Below, piece after piece: positions 33,691-47,869 of a stretch of 64,000 nucleotides of DNA (its first letter is position 1; the number at the start of each line of letters is the position of its first letter). Source of the stretch: Eledone cirrhosa (Eukaryota). Made by a program: the position numbers and the translations under genes. Under the pieces are notes generated by a model. The model worked only from the letters and a program-made list of their open reading frames with translations. It had not been told where the DNA came from and did no database searches. The stretch is from contig OZ024743.1 in NCBI GenBank assembly GCA_964016885.1, positions 71,362,001 to 71,426,000 on the forward strand, given 5' to 3'.

Positions 33691-35769
33691 ATTTTTTGTA
33701 TAACCGAATACCATGTCTTTGGATTCACTTGTAGCATATTATTTGATGTAACATCTATTGACTATCTCTATACAACTGCAACTATGCCTCGTGGGATAAA
33801 GAGGAAGGGGATTTTACAAACGTTTTACCTAAAGTATGAAGAAATCATTGTCAATGTAAGCTGTGAACTGTCTTAAGCAAACTGTCAAGATTAATCGGCC
33901 TCTTAATACAATTGTCTGTAATGTTACAGTACTAAGGTGGAAGAAGGAAACTATTGGTAAGAAAAGGTAAGATATCATAATAAAGACCTGAAACATGACA
34001 GCAACTATGGAGCTGTCAGATTTCTTCATGATGAAGGACTAATCAGTAGACAACTCGTAGATATAATCTAGGCAATTCTATTGAAAAGTTGCTCATATGT
34101 CAATTGTAGAGGGTCGACAAGTCAGTAAAGTCACATATAAATCGATTCCTGGCGGACATTAATTCTCAGTTCTTGTTGTAAATGATTAGCTCTATGTAGA
34201 TTGTTCGATCTCTCCTGCTAGTTCTTTCACTTCTTTTATATTTTTAATGTAGCTGGCAAACGCAGAGATTGCAAATTCGTCTTTTCCCATTTTCGAAATA
34301 AATAGGTATAACAGAACATCGATTAAGGACACTGACTACAGAAAGTCAATCAATTAACTCCACAACATTTGTGAGCGATCAATAAAATATTCATTGGTTG
34401 ATGAGATAAATATTTATAGAAAAATTTAGACTGTCATTCTGGTGATGTATCCACTCAGAAATACAGAACTATAAGGGCATATAAGTCCAATTAAGATAAC
34501 ATAATTTATATTAATTAAGTTTTCGACAGAGCTGTTCTGCTAGAGAACGGGTCCCATGTGGCGGATAGTGATACGGCCACCATATATGATGGTTAGTTGC
34601 TGTATAAGCGGCCAGTTGCTGGACGAATAAGCAATCCCGGACCAACAGTGGTATACTAATAAGGGAGATGGAGCAATCGGTGACACCTATAGCTCAAAAG
34701 AAAACTCTCACAAGCCAGTGGTGTAGCGATGACCAGGCTGGTAAATGCCGCCTCTAAAAAAAGACTATTCTTTGCAGGTTTGAGAAAGTACCATATTGGT
34801 GACTGGTGCGAATAAGATCACCAAAGCTACAATATAGTGAAAAGAACATTATCGGTTTGGATGGGCAAAAATCTTTATTGGAATGACGGAACATATCTTA
34901 CAATCACTAACCGACTTTGAAAACGTATAACTATTACATCAAATTTAATAAATCATATTCATATTTATTTAGAATATAACCAAACTTTAACTATTCTAAA
35001 CCCTTAAGAACCAAACGACCTCCAGCTGCCGGCAAGTTTGAAATTCACAAAACGAATTAGATGATCATTTTGAATACACATTGAATACATTTTCCACGAA
35101 ATGTCATTATTAAATGAACATTTTCAAATAATCTCTTCGATACTCTAAACATAGTGGCTTAAACAATTCTTTCTGTCTGTAAGGCTCAGTTCAGTTATGA
35201 TTTCATCATAATCAATATTTCAAGATAAATCTATTTTGTTAATCTTTATATCTAGATGACATCAAATATATTGATCTCTGCAGAGCATATAAAACATTAA
35301 CTCACTATTATTTACTGGCACTCGTTTATTTTCCCAGACTATCTTTTTAATTTCACGTATTTCCTTCATTTAGTGATTAACTCAAACACATCCCCAAACA
35401 TTAGCCAATGATTTATTCAATTACGACTCCGAGAAACTTTCTAACTTCCTATCAATACTTGTGTGTTTAGAAAAAAAAGAAACATATATATATATATATC
35501 AGCCCCCTCTCTCTCTCTCTATCTATCTCTCTTTCTCTTCCTCTCTCTCTCCCCTCTCTCTTTCACACAAATTCACACACACACTCACACGAACACATAC
35601 ACAGGTAGCTGAATCTCCGTCGTTTTCGATGACGAGTGATCCAGTTGATTTAATCAACGGAACTATCTATTCGTGAAACTCAAATACTAACATGTAAGTG
35701 AAATTATGGCGTAGTTCTCAGGGAGATTCAGCCTCTGACTCAATGTATGAAAAGGCTGGCTCCTTCAAT

Positions 35770-36319
<550 letters not shown>

Positions 36320-36320
<1 letters not shown>

Positions 36321-36535
36321 TGAAGGCGTGTGGCTGAGTGGTTAGAGAATTGGATTCACAATCTTGAGATTGTCAGTTCGATTCCTGGACCGGTCGATGC
36401 GTTATATCCTTGAGCAAGACACTTTATTTCACGTTGCTCCTTCTACCTGGAGTTGCGACCGATAGATAGTATTAGCAACTGGAAGGACCGACGAAAACAT
36501 TGTTTCCTCGGTCTTATTTGACGAAAGTCGATCGA
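36320..36535 (+). mobile_element. tRNA-derived SINE family B (reference copy)
   Basis: A-box TGGCTGAGTGG; B-box AGTTCGATTCC; core tccttgagcaagacactttatttcac. Confidence 0.88.
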
Positions 36536-36552
36536 TAAAATATATATATATA

Positions 36553-36641
36553 TTATACATTTCTATATATTTTGTCTGAGGAGAACATGTTTTGCCTTAT
36601 GTTAAGATGACATGAAGTATATATCTTTCGTTTATTATTAT

Positions 36642-36704
<63 letters not shown>

Positions 36705-36783
36705 GAAAGATATATACTTTATATCATCTTAACATAAAGCAAAACATGTTCTTCTCAGACAAAATATATAGAAAATGTATAAT
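36553..36783. repeat. Diverged inverted repeat (~80-bp arms) around a (TA)n tract
   Basis: tatacatttctatatattttgtctgag...tctttcgttt mirrored after the TA run, with several mismatches. Confidence 0.8.
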
Positions 36784-36997
36784 TTTTTCTTGATATGCCG
36801 GTAGACAAACGAACTGGATAGATCGGTGGCCACCAGGTATATATATATATAATTCTGGCAATATTATTACAATATGACCCTCCCCAAGTATAACAATATA
36901 TATATATATAGTAATAATAATAAATTTGAAGACTAAAATCCAAAGAGGGCTCGATAAGGATAAATATATATCAAATATATAAGAACCGTAGATCAAA

Positions 36998-38565
36998 AAT
37001 TTATTAAAACACAGATTAAAGTTTAAGCAAAGAATCGCTGCTTTCACCCTTAACGGGATCTTCTGAAACTAACAAAGTCAATCTGTAAACGCAAAAGTGG
37101 ATATTTAAAAAAACGTTGCAACCAGAGGAAGACAGGAAGACGATACTTTGGTTCGTGGAAACGTTCCCTTCACAAAACATATAGGTAATATACTTACCCA
37201 TGCAAATAAGTAATGTTATAAACATAACATATACTTAGCTACCACAACAAGACGTAAAATATCCACGTATAGATCGTACTATCCGTTAGGGTATAATGTG
37301 GGGCTGTAATACGGCCTCTCGGTCGTCAATTACCTCGACGTTAACCTCAATTTATCGAATGGCTTGTATTACCCGTATAGAAAGCCGAATGATACGCTTA
37401 ATTACATAAGTAAGCATTCCAACCATCCTGCCAGCATAACCAAGAACCTGGTAAGAAACGTTTCGTTGAGGCTTTCCCGTCTATCTACTAACGAGCATAT
37501 TTTCAACGACCACTCCACTTATTACAATGAAGCTCTTGCTCGGAGTGGATTTGTCGATAAGGTAGCATATACAGAGTACGAAAATAGACCTAGAAGAAAT
37601 AGATCCCGTCTGCATTATATGTTATAACCCACCATATAATATGGAGGTGGCCACACCATTAGCTAAGATCTTTCTATCCCTTATTACGAAGCATTTTCCC
37701 CTTACACATAAATATAGTAACATTTTTAATAGAAATACTATTAACATTTCTTACTCTACGACTCCTAACCTTGCATATAACATCACAGCTTTAAATTTAG
37801 CTAAACTACCTAGCCGTAGGAACACGTGCAACCCTGTAGTTAGTACTAACTCTAATTGTAGGAATCGGGTTGATTGCCCCTTATCCGGGAAATGCCTCTC
37901 TAGTAACATTGTCTACAAATGTAAGGTTGAAACACCCACGCCCCGTAGGGCCTACATAGGGTTAAACGCCAATAGATTCAAGCAGCGTCTTTACATGCAT
38001 ACCCATTCTTTTCGTTACTCTCTAAGAAGGAATATGACGTCACTTTCAGCTTATATCTGGAGTCTAAAAGACAAGCACACCCAATATAAGGTACACTGGG
38101 AGATTCTAGATAGTGCTAGATCGTATAACGAAAATAAAAGACCATGTGACCTCTGCGCCGCTGAGGCCCTGGAAATACTCTACGCCACAGACCACATCTT
38201 AAACAAAAAATCTGAGGCAATTTCGGTTTGTAAACATAAATTGCACAAAACTTTCCTGTATTACAGCCCCACATTATACCCTAACGGATAGTACGATCTA
38301 TACGTGGATATTTTACGTCTTGATGTGGTAGATAAGTATATGTTATGTTTATACCATTACTTATTTGCATAGGTAAGTATATATTACCTGTATGTTTTGT
38401 GAAGGGAAGGTTTCCACGAACCAAAGTATCGTCTTCCTCCGGTTGCAACGTTTTTTTAAATATCCACTTCTGCGTTTACAGATTGACTTGTTAGTTTCAG
38501 AAGATCCCGTTAAGGGTGAAAGCAGCGATTCTTTGCTTAAACTTTAATCTGTTATTTTAATAAAT
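36998..38565 (+). mobile_element. 5'-truncated Penelope-like element (Neptune type) with inverted pLTR
   Basis: Inverted arms 36998-37312 and 38258-38565 enclose an RT C-terminus and GIY-YIG; AT-rich/TA flanks. Confidence 0.9.
37313..38291 (+). pseudogene. PLE reverse transcriptase C-terminus + GIY-YIG endonuclease (one frameshift near 37610)
   Basis: YLDVNL, YRKP..YI..SNHP, NPPYN, CRNRVDCPLSGKC..IVY..YIG..FKQR..H, CDLC..E..LN..SE..CKH. Confidence 0.9.
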
Positions 38566-38677
38566 ATATATATATATAGTGAAAAATGGAACGGCAACAA
38601 AACAGAGAGGCAGTACGAACAAAGGTTTATTGGTTTCACGCTCTTGAGAGTGGGGGCTGGGGGTCGGGGGGGTTGGG

Positions 38678-38713
38678 GACCGACGTTTCGGGCATAAGCT
38701 CTTCTTCAGGCGA
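38678..38713 (-). ncRNA. Minimal hammerhead ribozyme of PLE type
   Basis: Minus strand CTGAAGA AGAGC TTAT GCCC GAAAC GTC; stem I weak. Confidence 0.6.
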
Positions 38714-38747
38714 AAAGTGTTATATATATATATATATATATATATGC

Positions 38748-38781
<34 letters not shown>

Positions 38782-38999
38782 ATAGATAGATAGATAGAGA
38801 AAAGAGAGAGGGGGAAGGCGAGAGAGCGAGAGAGGATGGATATTATGTAATGTTTATTGATTACTGGAGATGGTACCAATATGAACACTCAATGCAATTA
38901 CTTGAACAGAGTGATTCCCAAGGAAGTGTGTTCTTCTCGCGGTATCCATGTGTTGCATGTTAGTAATGAGCAGAGATTGAAATATATTGATTTAAATCT

Positions 39000-39084
39000 A
39001 CGTCTGATGAGCAGAGTGATACTGCAGTCAGCTCAATCACCGGTAAAGACCTCAAGCCGATCACATGTGAAGTATATATAACGT
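39000..39084 (+). ncRNA. Degenerate type-I hammerhead with long stem II
   Basis: ACGT CTGATGA GCA..GTGAT...ATCAC.TGT GAAG TATATATA ACGT; GAAA has changed to GAAG. Confidence 0.55.
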
Positions 39085-39140
39085 TCGATGTAGAATAGAG
39101 ACATTTTAAATCAAAATCTCGTTATCTCACACACACACAC

Positions 39141-39300
<160 letters not shown>

Positions 39301-40269
39301 CACTATTTATCTATATATATTATCTAGTCTATGTTTAAACTTAATTTTACCATACAGCAAACTACAATTCCTCCCAGCCCCCAACATAAAACGAAATAGA
39401 TTTGAACGTAGATATCGTTGCTTTTCTGTGAAAGATAAATATGATAGATAAAAGATAAATTTCCCTAGGAGAGATTAACTGAAACAGATGGATCTATAGA
39501 CATAGAGGGAGCTAGAATAACAACAACTATGATGAAATAATAATGGTTTTTGATTTAGGTACAAATCCACAATTTTGGGAGGGGGGAAAGCCGATTAAAA
39601 TACCGGACACTTTTAAAATATGCGAGGAGCTTTGTAATGTTGTGCATATCTTGTGTACATGTGTGTAGTGATGTGTTATATGTGTAAGTTTTTGTGTGTG
39701 AATAGGTGAAAATAAGGTCACAGAGAATCTAGCAAGCCTGATGAGGGGGGGGGGGGGCATCTAGTGGTGTGGGGTTCCTGTTGGACAGGAGATGGCTTTT
39801 CCTGGGCAAACAATATCTAATAATTTCAGTTTGGAGTTTATATACAATCCGATGAAATCCTTGCAATCATCATCATTATCATCATCATCACCATCATCAT
39901 CATATTACGTCCGCTTTTCCCTGCTTGCAATATCCTATATATTTTTCTGTGGCAGAGAGGGCATCTCTTCGTTCTATTTATGCACGGTGTGTACAACCAG
40001 AGCACTTTCCAAGAGGCACATCTTTTTTACTTTAGTTGCCAGATCCCCTTTGCCAGCACTGTGCTAATTTTCATATCAGGATGCCTGCACCATACTTCCA
40101 TATTTTACATGGGATTCTGGTTGGTACATGTATATTTGCGATCTGCTTCGTAGAGGATGGATGATCATCCGGGATTAACATCTGGTTTCTTCTTTACAAT
40201 CATCTTGAACCTCATGGATGATGAGCAAGTATAATATATCCTCACTGAGCACTGATTGAAGATCTTACT

Positions 40270-40605
40270 ATAGATATGTTGTGGGGGAAAGAGTTTATCA
40301 ATTAAGTCTAAGAATTTTTTTATTAATCTTTAAATTAAGTGAAAATGGAATGGCCAACCAGATTATTTTTCTTTTCCTATTTCTATTCTTAGAGTGGAGT
40401 TTTATTGGGTATATACGTGATCTCTTCACCGAATCTGCTATCTCAGAGGGCCTTGTTGTAGTATGGCGGTGCATTATCAGATATTTTCTACTAGATGATA
40501 AGTTCGAAATTCTACGGCTAATATTAGGCACCAGATTATTAAAAACCGTACGTGGGAGGTGTTCTCTCATTCGGCTTATGGTAGGGCTTATGTGTGCCAT
40601 AACGT
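40270..40605 (-). pseudogene. Second Neptune-type PLE fragment (thumb/linker region)
   Basis: HLPRTVFNNLVPNISRRISNLSS...NRKRKIIW..PFSLN, homologous to 37420-37700. Confidence 0.7.
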
Positions 40606-40648
40606 CTCTCTCTATATATATCTAGTATATACATACACACGTACATAC

Positions 40649-40714
<66 letters not shown>

Positions 40715-40719
40715 ATGTA

Positions 40720-40754
<35 letters not shown>

Positions 40755-40819
40755 TATAATATATTATATATATATATATGTATACATATAAATACATACA
40801 TGCATACATGCATGCATAG

Positions 40820-40894
<75 letters not shown>

Positions 40895-41029
40895 TATTTC
40901 CATCCGAAAGTTTTACCAATTGTTTCCCTTATGCTTGGCAGCCATTCAGCCAATATTATTGACTAAATAATTCCAGAATATTTCAGAGCTACAGATTGTT
41001 TCCCTCTAGTATATATTCTTTTGATCCCC

Positions 41030-41265
41030 TTCCCCTATATATTTCGTAGTGATAATGCTGTTCTCCAATATGTTGTCTGTTCTGTGTTGTTGAAATACTT
41101 CATCATAAATAATTTCTCACACATTTCACAATAGAAGTGTTTTTCTCCAATATGACTTCGTTTGTGGAAAGCAACTTTCGAATTCTCTATAGAAGGTTTT
41201 CTACGTGAAATAGTTTTGAACAAGTGTGGTATTCTTTTGTGTTTTATTAAAATACAGTGAAGACA
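41030..41265 (-). pseudogene. Decayed C2H2 zinc-finger array fragment
   Basis: HKRSHIGEKHFYCEMCEKLF, plus a shifted-frame HIGEQHYHYEI*G, resembling HTGEKPYHCDICGK linkers. Confidence 0.6.
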
Positions 41266-42224
41266 CAAATCTGGCAAATTGGCAAATTTTTTTAGAACAG
41301 CGGATTGAAAATGTATTGGAACATGTTGCGGCTTATTCCACTCTGAGGTCAACTTTGGCTTTTCATTAATTCGCGGTCGATATATAACAGTGCTGAGTCT
41401 CATTGTTCAACCTTCGTTCTATATTACTTTCTCTAAGAAGGACATATAGAGGAAGAATCGAGCCCATTACTAGACTGGAGCTTTTTTCTCGACCTTGAAT
41501 GAATGAAAGGTAAAGTTAACCGTGACAAGATTTGAACTCAGAATGCAGGGACGTAACTTTAAGCCGAAAAGTATGTTGTCCGACACTCCACAGATTACAA
41601 GGCCATCAAGGTTTTGGAGAGGGGGGAAAGTAATTTAAATCAACCCCGGTGCATTCTTTTTCCTCTTGTCCCGTAGCTCCTGGGGGAGTCGTAGGGGTGC
41701 CGTATTGACATAAGGCGTTCCTTTGGGCATTTCTGAACATGGTGAAGCCCATTGCTCTCCAAATCTAAATACAGAGAAGGATAGAAAGAGAGAAAGAGAT
41801 ATAGAGGAAGCATCGGTCCCAGTACTAGACTGGTACTTTTTATCGATCTGGAATGGATGCACCCACATATCTTTACTTAAATCTATATTTATCATTGCTA
41901 CAACCATGCTGTCTAAGTAACCAATACTGGAAACACAAAAATCACAAAATAATAAAACTAAAACAAATCAATAATGGTTTCTGATTGAGGCACAAGTCCA
42001 GCAAATTTTAAGTGAGGGGAAAGTCGATTAAATCACCCCAGAACGTTACTTCAGCTTTATTTATGGACCCCTACATGTCAAGCTTCTCTTATTGATATTG
42101 TCCAAGGGAGAAGCAAAGACCGAAACATAGACATTACTGACGGTGGTGGCGAACACAGAAGGTAATGGGCCATACAAAGGGCCATAAGAAATACCACCAG
42201 GTATCAGTTTAACAAATTAAGTAT

Positions 42225-42585
42225 ATCTACCACCACCACCACCACCATCACCACCACCACCACCATCATCACTACCACTGCCACCACCACCAACACCAAC
42301 ATCAACACCACCACCACTGTCACCCCCACCACCATCATCAATACCACTGACACCACCACCACCAACATCAACACCACCATCACTACCACCACCACCACAA
42401 TCACCACAAACACCACCACCACCGCTTCCACCAGCACCATCAACATCACCAGCACCAGCACCACCACGACCACCACCATGACCACCACGACCACCACGAC
42501 CACCACCACAACCACCACCACCACCACCACCACCACCACGACCACCACCACCACCGCTACCACCACCACCACAACCACCAATACT
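42225..42585 (+). repeat. Degenerate (CAC)n microsatellite
   Basis: Direct inspection. Confidence 0.9.
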
Positions 42586-44599
42586 ACTAAGACCGCTGAT
42601 GCTGTCGATAGTAGTAAAAGTAATAATTTCTTTTATCAATAATAATAAAAGCATTGTTGTAGTTTATGGCAGGCAAATGAATGTTTGAAGTGGCACATTT
42701 ACCATATTAAAAAACTAATCACTGAAGCAACAGCTGTATATTAATGAGTTCTGTCAATAATTCGACAGCTTCCGGAAGTTAGTGGATTAAAGCGTTATTT
42801 GTTAACAAATTGGAAAACAACACTTGTTCCATATGTCTTAAAATGGAGCTATAAACACCAATCTAACGAACACTTTATCAGAGATACACATTAGTATCAT
42901 AAAGTAACATGTTGCATGTATTTAACAACTATATGTATTTAACGGGTTTGTAACTCCATCCTTTCATACATATTACCTTGGTTTCTTAGAAACATTTGAA
43001 GTATTTCTACTTCATTTTTCTTTTCTCTTAATCCATAACTCTTGGGGGAGCCATAAGGCCATCGTAGGGGTATACAGTGTTTCTGGGACATTTTTAATAC
43101 CTGGAAGCACCCATTTCCTCCTGGGTCGGATTTAGGCATTGTCGGGCCAGAGCACTTCAGGATTTGGGGCCCACTTCATACATAACAAATTAAAAGGCCC
43201 CCCCCCCCCAGTTTTACATATCAAATCCGCTTGGAACAAGTAATTGGAATTGAATAGTTGAATAGTTATACATGTGTGTGCGACAGCTCACACCTATGCA
43301 GGTTTAGCTGGCCTCCTCCAAGGTGTATCTCGTTGGAGGTGTCTTGGGTAATTTAATGATAGGGACTACAGTCCTATCATATCATTTCTACAGCTGAGTA
43401 AACTGGAGCAACGTGAAATAAAGTGTCTTGCTCAAGGAAATAACACATCACCCGGTCCGAGAATTGAACTCACAACCTTTCGATTGCAAGCCCAATGCTT
43501 TAACCACTAAGCCATGCGCTTTCACAATAGTTATACATACAAGTATTAAATTAAAAAATCTAACCATACTCATTTTACGTCCACTTTCCACACTGGTATG
43601 TGTTGGACAGATTGTCACAGTCTGAGACAAGGCATTTGATGTAATTTGCTACTGTAAGGATATTAAATATAGTTTTCGTCAAAGGAATAAAGCTAAAAAG
43701 CCCAGTATAGGGCTCATATAAATTGCTACGACCGTCTCTAGTTGGGCCTCTGCTGTGGAGCCCGAAAAAATTTCCCCCTTTTCACCCCCATTTAACCCGG
43801 CCCCGATCTCCTCTCCGTGTCAGAACACATTCGATTTCTTCTAGAGAAGGAGAAAGAGTGATAGAGGGGAAGTGATAAAAAAAATAGAAGAATAATTGAT
43901 CTCAGTACAAGACTTGTACTTTTATTTATCGACCCGGAATAATAAAAGGCAAAGGTGATCTTGGTGGTATTTGAACGCAGAGAGCTGAAACGAATATCAT
44001 AAAGCATTCTATCCGACGATCTAACGACTCTGCCAATTCAGCGTTTTCTTACTTTGCTAATGCTGCTAATTAATTGTTGTTAAGAATGACACAAATAACT
44101 ATTTCACCTCTTCGCAATCTCTTTATATTTATAATTTAAATACATTTTTTAAACTTTCGTCACTAATGCATTTAGTAAAGTACGAGTGCCATAATTTTCT
44201 ATTGAAATCTTATGTGAAATAGAAGTTAATATGGAGGAATATTTAATGTCATTGATAGATATATTTGCGCCTGAAAGAAAGCATATTTCAACCATTGTAC
44301 AGTTTCCGAGTCTTTATTCAATTTGTTAAAAGTACGCCTGGTTAATGTTAAAGTAGAGGCATACTTTACAGTACATCTAATGTTAATACTATATTTTTCG
44401 CTGACCTTATTTTGTTTTCAAACTTTAATATTTGTTGTATGTATATTTTACCTCTACTTTGATATAAGATATAAATCTTATATGGCATGTTCTGAACTAT
44501 AGCTTCACGTCTAGCATGCTAGAATATCAATGATATCGAGAGTGGCAAAGAGAGGATTGTTCGTGCAAATCGGGCAGAACAAAAACATCACAAAGTGTT

Positions 44600-44755
44600 G
44601 ATCAACCCCAGGATACAGTAGGCAACCTTTGTGTAAGGTACTGTCCAATGAGGTCAACCACAGGATAAAGAGGGAATCCCTTGTGTAAAGTACCATCCAG
44701 TGAGGTCAACCATAGGACACAGTAGGCAGCCCTTGTGTAAGGTACCATCCAGTAG
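44600..44755 (+). repeat. ~53-bp tandem repeat, 3 units
   Basis: aggatacagtaggcaaccttgtgtaaggtaccatccagtgaggtcaacc-like units. Confidence 0.75.
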
Positions 44756-45464
44756 GGTTCGTTCTGAAAACACGTTGTTGCCAAGCGAATATTTCTTACC
44801 AACACAACTGTACCAAGTCCCCTTGAATATATTATTCCTCGTGGGTTAGCACAAATCTGTTGATATCCCACCACCGCCACCTAATCAACTGTGACTGTGA
44901 ACATACTATATCTTTACTTGAACTAAGCAGATAACTTTGTGAACCCTATTGATGTCATCCAATAATCTATATACTAATAATATTTTAGCATTAGAATGAT
45001 TTTCACATATACAAGAGAAACATGCTGAGTCACAGGTCGCTTGCTGGTGCTATCAATTCATATATTATAATGCTATGAGTAATTCAACCATAAGTAGTCG
45101 ATTTCTTTGTCTTCATGTCATCAAGTAATATTCTACAATATATATTCCACGCAAATGGCTACTTAGTAATTCGTTTCTGTTTTATTTCTCTCAGTTTATT
45201 TATACTTATATTTTATCTTTGAAATCTTTTGTTATTTCTATTGGCGGTTTATTTGTAATTCATGACTTGTGATGTCTGATATTCCACAGATATTCTCAAA
45301 TATTCATGAGGTATCACTATTTCTTCATATGAATTTATGTTTTATATCTGTTTAGCTATTGTTTTTGTACTTGCATAATTTCTGGAGCAGAACTTCTTTT
45401 TTTATTGTATCTGAGCTATAGGCGCACTTCATACACAGATTCTTTGAAGTTATTTTCTGTTTGT

Positions 45465-46100
45465 AATCAGTTGAACTATGCATTGATTTATGACCAGAGC
45501 TATAGCTGATTGATTTTGAACTATGAATTGATCTGAGTGAGAGCTGTAGCTGATTGATTTTGAACAATGTATTGTTCTGAGTGAGTGCTGTAGTTGATTG
45601 ATTTTGAACTATGAATTGATTTGAGTGAGAGCTGTAGGTGATTGAACTATTTATTGATGTGTGGTAAGAGCTGTAACTGATTGAACTGTCTATTGATCTG
45701 AGTGAGAGCTGTAGCTGATCGAATTGAATCATGTATTGATCTGTGGTAAGAGCTGCAGGTGATTGGACTGTGTATTGATTAGAGTGAGGACCGTAGCTGA
45801 TTGAGTTAAACTATCAATTGGTTTGTAAAGAGAGTTATAGTTGATTGAACTAAACTATCTATTGATCTGTGATGAGAGCTGTAATTTATTGATCTGTGAG
45901 GAGAGGTGATTGAACTATCCGTTGATCTGTAGTGAGAGCTGTAGTTGATTGAATTAAAATGTCTATTGATCTGTGATGAGAACTGATGTTTATTGAGTTA
46001 ATCTATCCATTGATCTGTTGTGAGAGCTGTAGTTGATTGAAATGTTTATTGATCTATAATGAGAGTTGTAGCTGATTGATTTGAACTGTCTATTGATCTG
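45465..46100 (+). repeat. Degenerate ~40-bp minisatellite
   Basis: Repeated gattgaacta..tattgatctg(a/t)gtgagagctgtag, about 15 units. Confidence 0.85.
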
Positions 46101-47676
46101 CCAAGTGAAATTCCTAAAGCTCCTCTCTCACCGAAAGAAGAAGACATTAGCATCCTAAATGATTAAGTCCACCTAACTGTAAATAGGTTCAGTGGATGGT
46201 ACAGCTCATTGCTGAATGACTGACTTGTGTATTATTACATAGCAGTGTTGAGATGAAATCATCCCATAACTGTTAATAAGAGAAGGATGAACGCCATCAC
46301 ATTCATTTACTCGGCCATACGACAGACGGAAGCGAAATCTTTAGTGGTATGAGACCCCAATATTATATGGGACGCACCATGGACAATTATTTGATATCGA
46401 ACGAGCCAAGGAGAGTTCTGTACGTGCCTCTGTACCTGCTAGAAATAGCTGTCAAGCTTGCTTCGAATTACACCCAACTGCATGACCCCCCCCACAAAAA
46501 AACCGCAACAAAATGGCGGTTAAAGTTGGAATGCTTTTGATCTTAGTTTTGTTTGATCAGATATGATCTGCGGAGAAACAACAATAGCAACAATAACTGC
46601 ATTGCATTTTTATATACAATAACTGCTAATGATTTTCGTTAATGTGTTCTATAAAATGTGATTGTCTCAATGTTTTATTACGTTTCCCCATACCTTTACC
46701 CTTACTATTCATCTTAATATCCTCCTTACTATATAAAAGTCTCAAGTCTGTCTCGAGCCCACAGCCTCACCAGGCCGGTGTTTTTCCCGATTTCATGGCG
46801 TGAAGTGACTGAGAATACAATTCTTGCCCCTGGACAGTATGCCAGTCCATCGTAGAGTTAAAGTCTGTTTTAAGCCCTGAGTCTCATCAGGGTGGTGCTC
46901 ACCCCGGTTTCCGTGGCGTGAAGTGACTGAAAGTACAATACCTCCACCTGAACAGGTCACCAGTTCATCCCAGGGTTAATCCCTCAATTACTGCTGCTAA
47001 AGTGTTTTTGCTCAGAACACAAAACAGTTCAGAACACAACCCAGTTCAGGACTCGAACCCACGACATGAAGATCGTAAGTTAAACACCTTTACAACTAGG
47101 TCACACGTAGTAAGGGTGTTCGGCTATTCCCCCTAATATTGCCCTTACTATTCACATTGCTATTCCTCCTTAATATTCGCACCTCATTATTCGCACCTCA
47201 TTATTCGCACCTTACTATTTCACCTTTCTATCCATCCTTATTCTTTCACCTCGCCGTTACTGTAAATACACTATGTATTGTTTCAAGATGGACATCTACA
47301 GTTAAGTTTCGTTCCATGAACAAATACTCTTTAAAGTTAATGCCCATGCAAGCAAAACACGGAAACAGTTTAATTGATTTATGCTTAATTAAGAAATTAT
47401 CACCATCATTATCGAAATATTCTAGCCTGGAATCAATATTTGTGTGTTGTGTTCTTGAGTAAAACACCTCATTTCACGTTGCTCCAGTATACTCAGCTGA
47501 AAATGAGTACCAGCAATAGCTGGGGGTTTAACCCTGTGATGGACTGGCGTCCAGTCCAGCCGGGAGTCTTGTACTCTCAGTCGCTTCATTGTATTAAAAT
47601 AGAATTTATTTCAATCATATTATAACACAAATCAGCTCAAATATACAGGCTAAATCTGTATTATGTATATAAACAT

Positions 47677-47860
47677 AATTGTTTCTACTTTTGGCACAAG
47701 GCCAGCAATTACCCAGTGCATTACTGGTACTTTATTTTATCGACTCCGTAAGGATGAAAGGCGGGATTAACCTCGGCGGGATTTGAACTCAGAATGGCAA
47801 GGGCCGTAACTCTATACGTCAAAGCATGGCGTCCGACCCTCTACCGATACTGCCAATCCA
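47677..47860 (-). mobile_element. SINE family A
   Basis: Matches the family A copies. Confidence 0.88.
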
Positions 47861-47869
47861 GATATTATG

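Noticed and set aside
36575-36600. CTGAGGA core in an inverted-repeat arm
   Set aside because: No downstream GAAA or stem III, and the opposite arm lacks the core
42204-42654. Gly-rich and Val-rich ORFs
   Set aside because: Degenerate (CAC)n microsatellite
43120-43805. MITE with GGGTCGGATTTA / TTAACCCGGCCC-like ends
   Set aside because: The ends match poorly and no target-site duplication is visible
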